A stretch of DNA of 62,776 nt, filler included, from Stramenopiles sp. TOSAG23-3 (lineage: Eukaryota), in NCBI GenBank assembly GCA_900128585.1. It is 8 parts of 8 records of this genome, joined end to end, with 100 filler letters (N's around TTAATTAATTAA, not from the genome) between each part and the next. Parts side by side here need not be neighbours in the genome. Positions count along the whole stretch, not along the records: positions 61,208 to 62,776 come from LT645681.1; 7 more parts are not named here. One strand, written 5' to 3'. Position numbers and translations under genes: made by a program. The notes beneath the pieces are model-generated. The model had not been told where the DNA came from. It saw only the letters and a program-made list of their open reading frames with translations, and ran no database searches. Each line of letters starts with the position of its first letter. The first letter of the stretch is position 1. Positions 62,400 to 62,776 of this stretch are shown one piece after another.

Positions 62400-62776
62400 A
62401 TGGCATCAGTTACCGAACGAATCACAGAGTTGGAGGCAGAGTTGGCGCGGCTGAAAGCGGTGGCTGCCTCGAATTCCGAGGACGGGGCTATCCGAGTAGC
62501 CGTTCACGGTGCTGGGGGTCGATTGGGATCGCTTATTACGAAACAACTCACGTCCGGGGGAGACAGCAAGGCATCGTTTGCTGGCTCAGTAGGTCGAGAC
62601 GCTGTTATCCCTGAAAACACAAACGTGATTGTCGACGTCACCTTGCCAGTCGGCACAAAGGCTTTGCTGCGTAAGCTAATCGACTCCGGATCCACGATTC
62701 CCGTCGTCATAGGAACCACGGGAGAAATCCCGATGGATGAGATTCGGGAGTACGGGAAACAGGCAGCGGTTGCAAT
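62400..62776 (+). CDS. dapB: 4-hydroxy-tetrahydrodipicolinate reductase (3'-truncated, absent from the ORF track)
   Basis: Manual translation gives IRVAVHGAGGRLG...NVIVDVTLPVGT...PVVIGTTG. Confidence 0.87.
   Translation, partial: MASVTERITELEAELARLKAVAASNSEDGAIRVAVHGAGGRLGSLITKQLTSGGDSKASFAGSVGRDAVIPENTNVIVDVTLPVGTKALLRKLIDSGSTIPVVIGTTGEIPMDEIREYGKQAAVA

Overview
This window is not one locus. It is eight unrelated contigs (9838, 9829, 9824, 9821, 9813, 9813, 1569 and 1569 nt) joined by seven artificial N44-TTAATTAATTAA-N44 linkers, with one internal 173-N gap. The DNA is eukaryotic, gene-dense and almost intron-free, with GC-richer coding regions and very AT-rich spacers. Its gene content (PACRG and BART-domain ciliary genes, DapB, a CryP-type cryptochrome, secreted tyrosinase and GH3) suggests a flagellated protist, possibly a stramenopile single-cell or metagenome-assembled genome; that assignment is inference. 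About 30 CDS are supported, including MCM10, OSGEPL1/TsaD, ORC2, eIF3a, a GRIP golgin, a family-16 methyltransferase, an NTPDase, DnaJ and a CNBD K+ channel. The most interesting signals are: (1) a plant-like cryptochrome/photolyase with an N-terminal MetF/MTHFR-like barrel; (2) a ~35-nt element (AAAACAAGAAAATTGGCTGTTATTTAAGTAAT) in 15 copies, 10 of them 20-100 nt after a stop codon in the gene's sense orientation, which is the end of a longer decayed coding repeat; (3) unusual domain fusions (PH-PH-SH3-ABRA/Costars, WW-ankyrin with Sec16 C-terminal motifs, CNBD channel plus C2, UBA-ankyrin-SPFH, stand-alone MINDY4 N-domain); (4) a 61-bp Tc1/mariner-type mini-MITE with a visible empty site; (5) three frameshifted or truncated genes. 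All family calls come from motif recognition by eye, not database searches.
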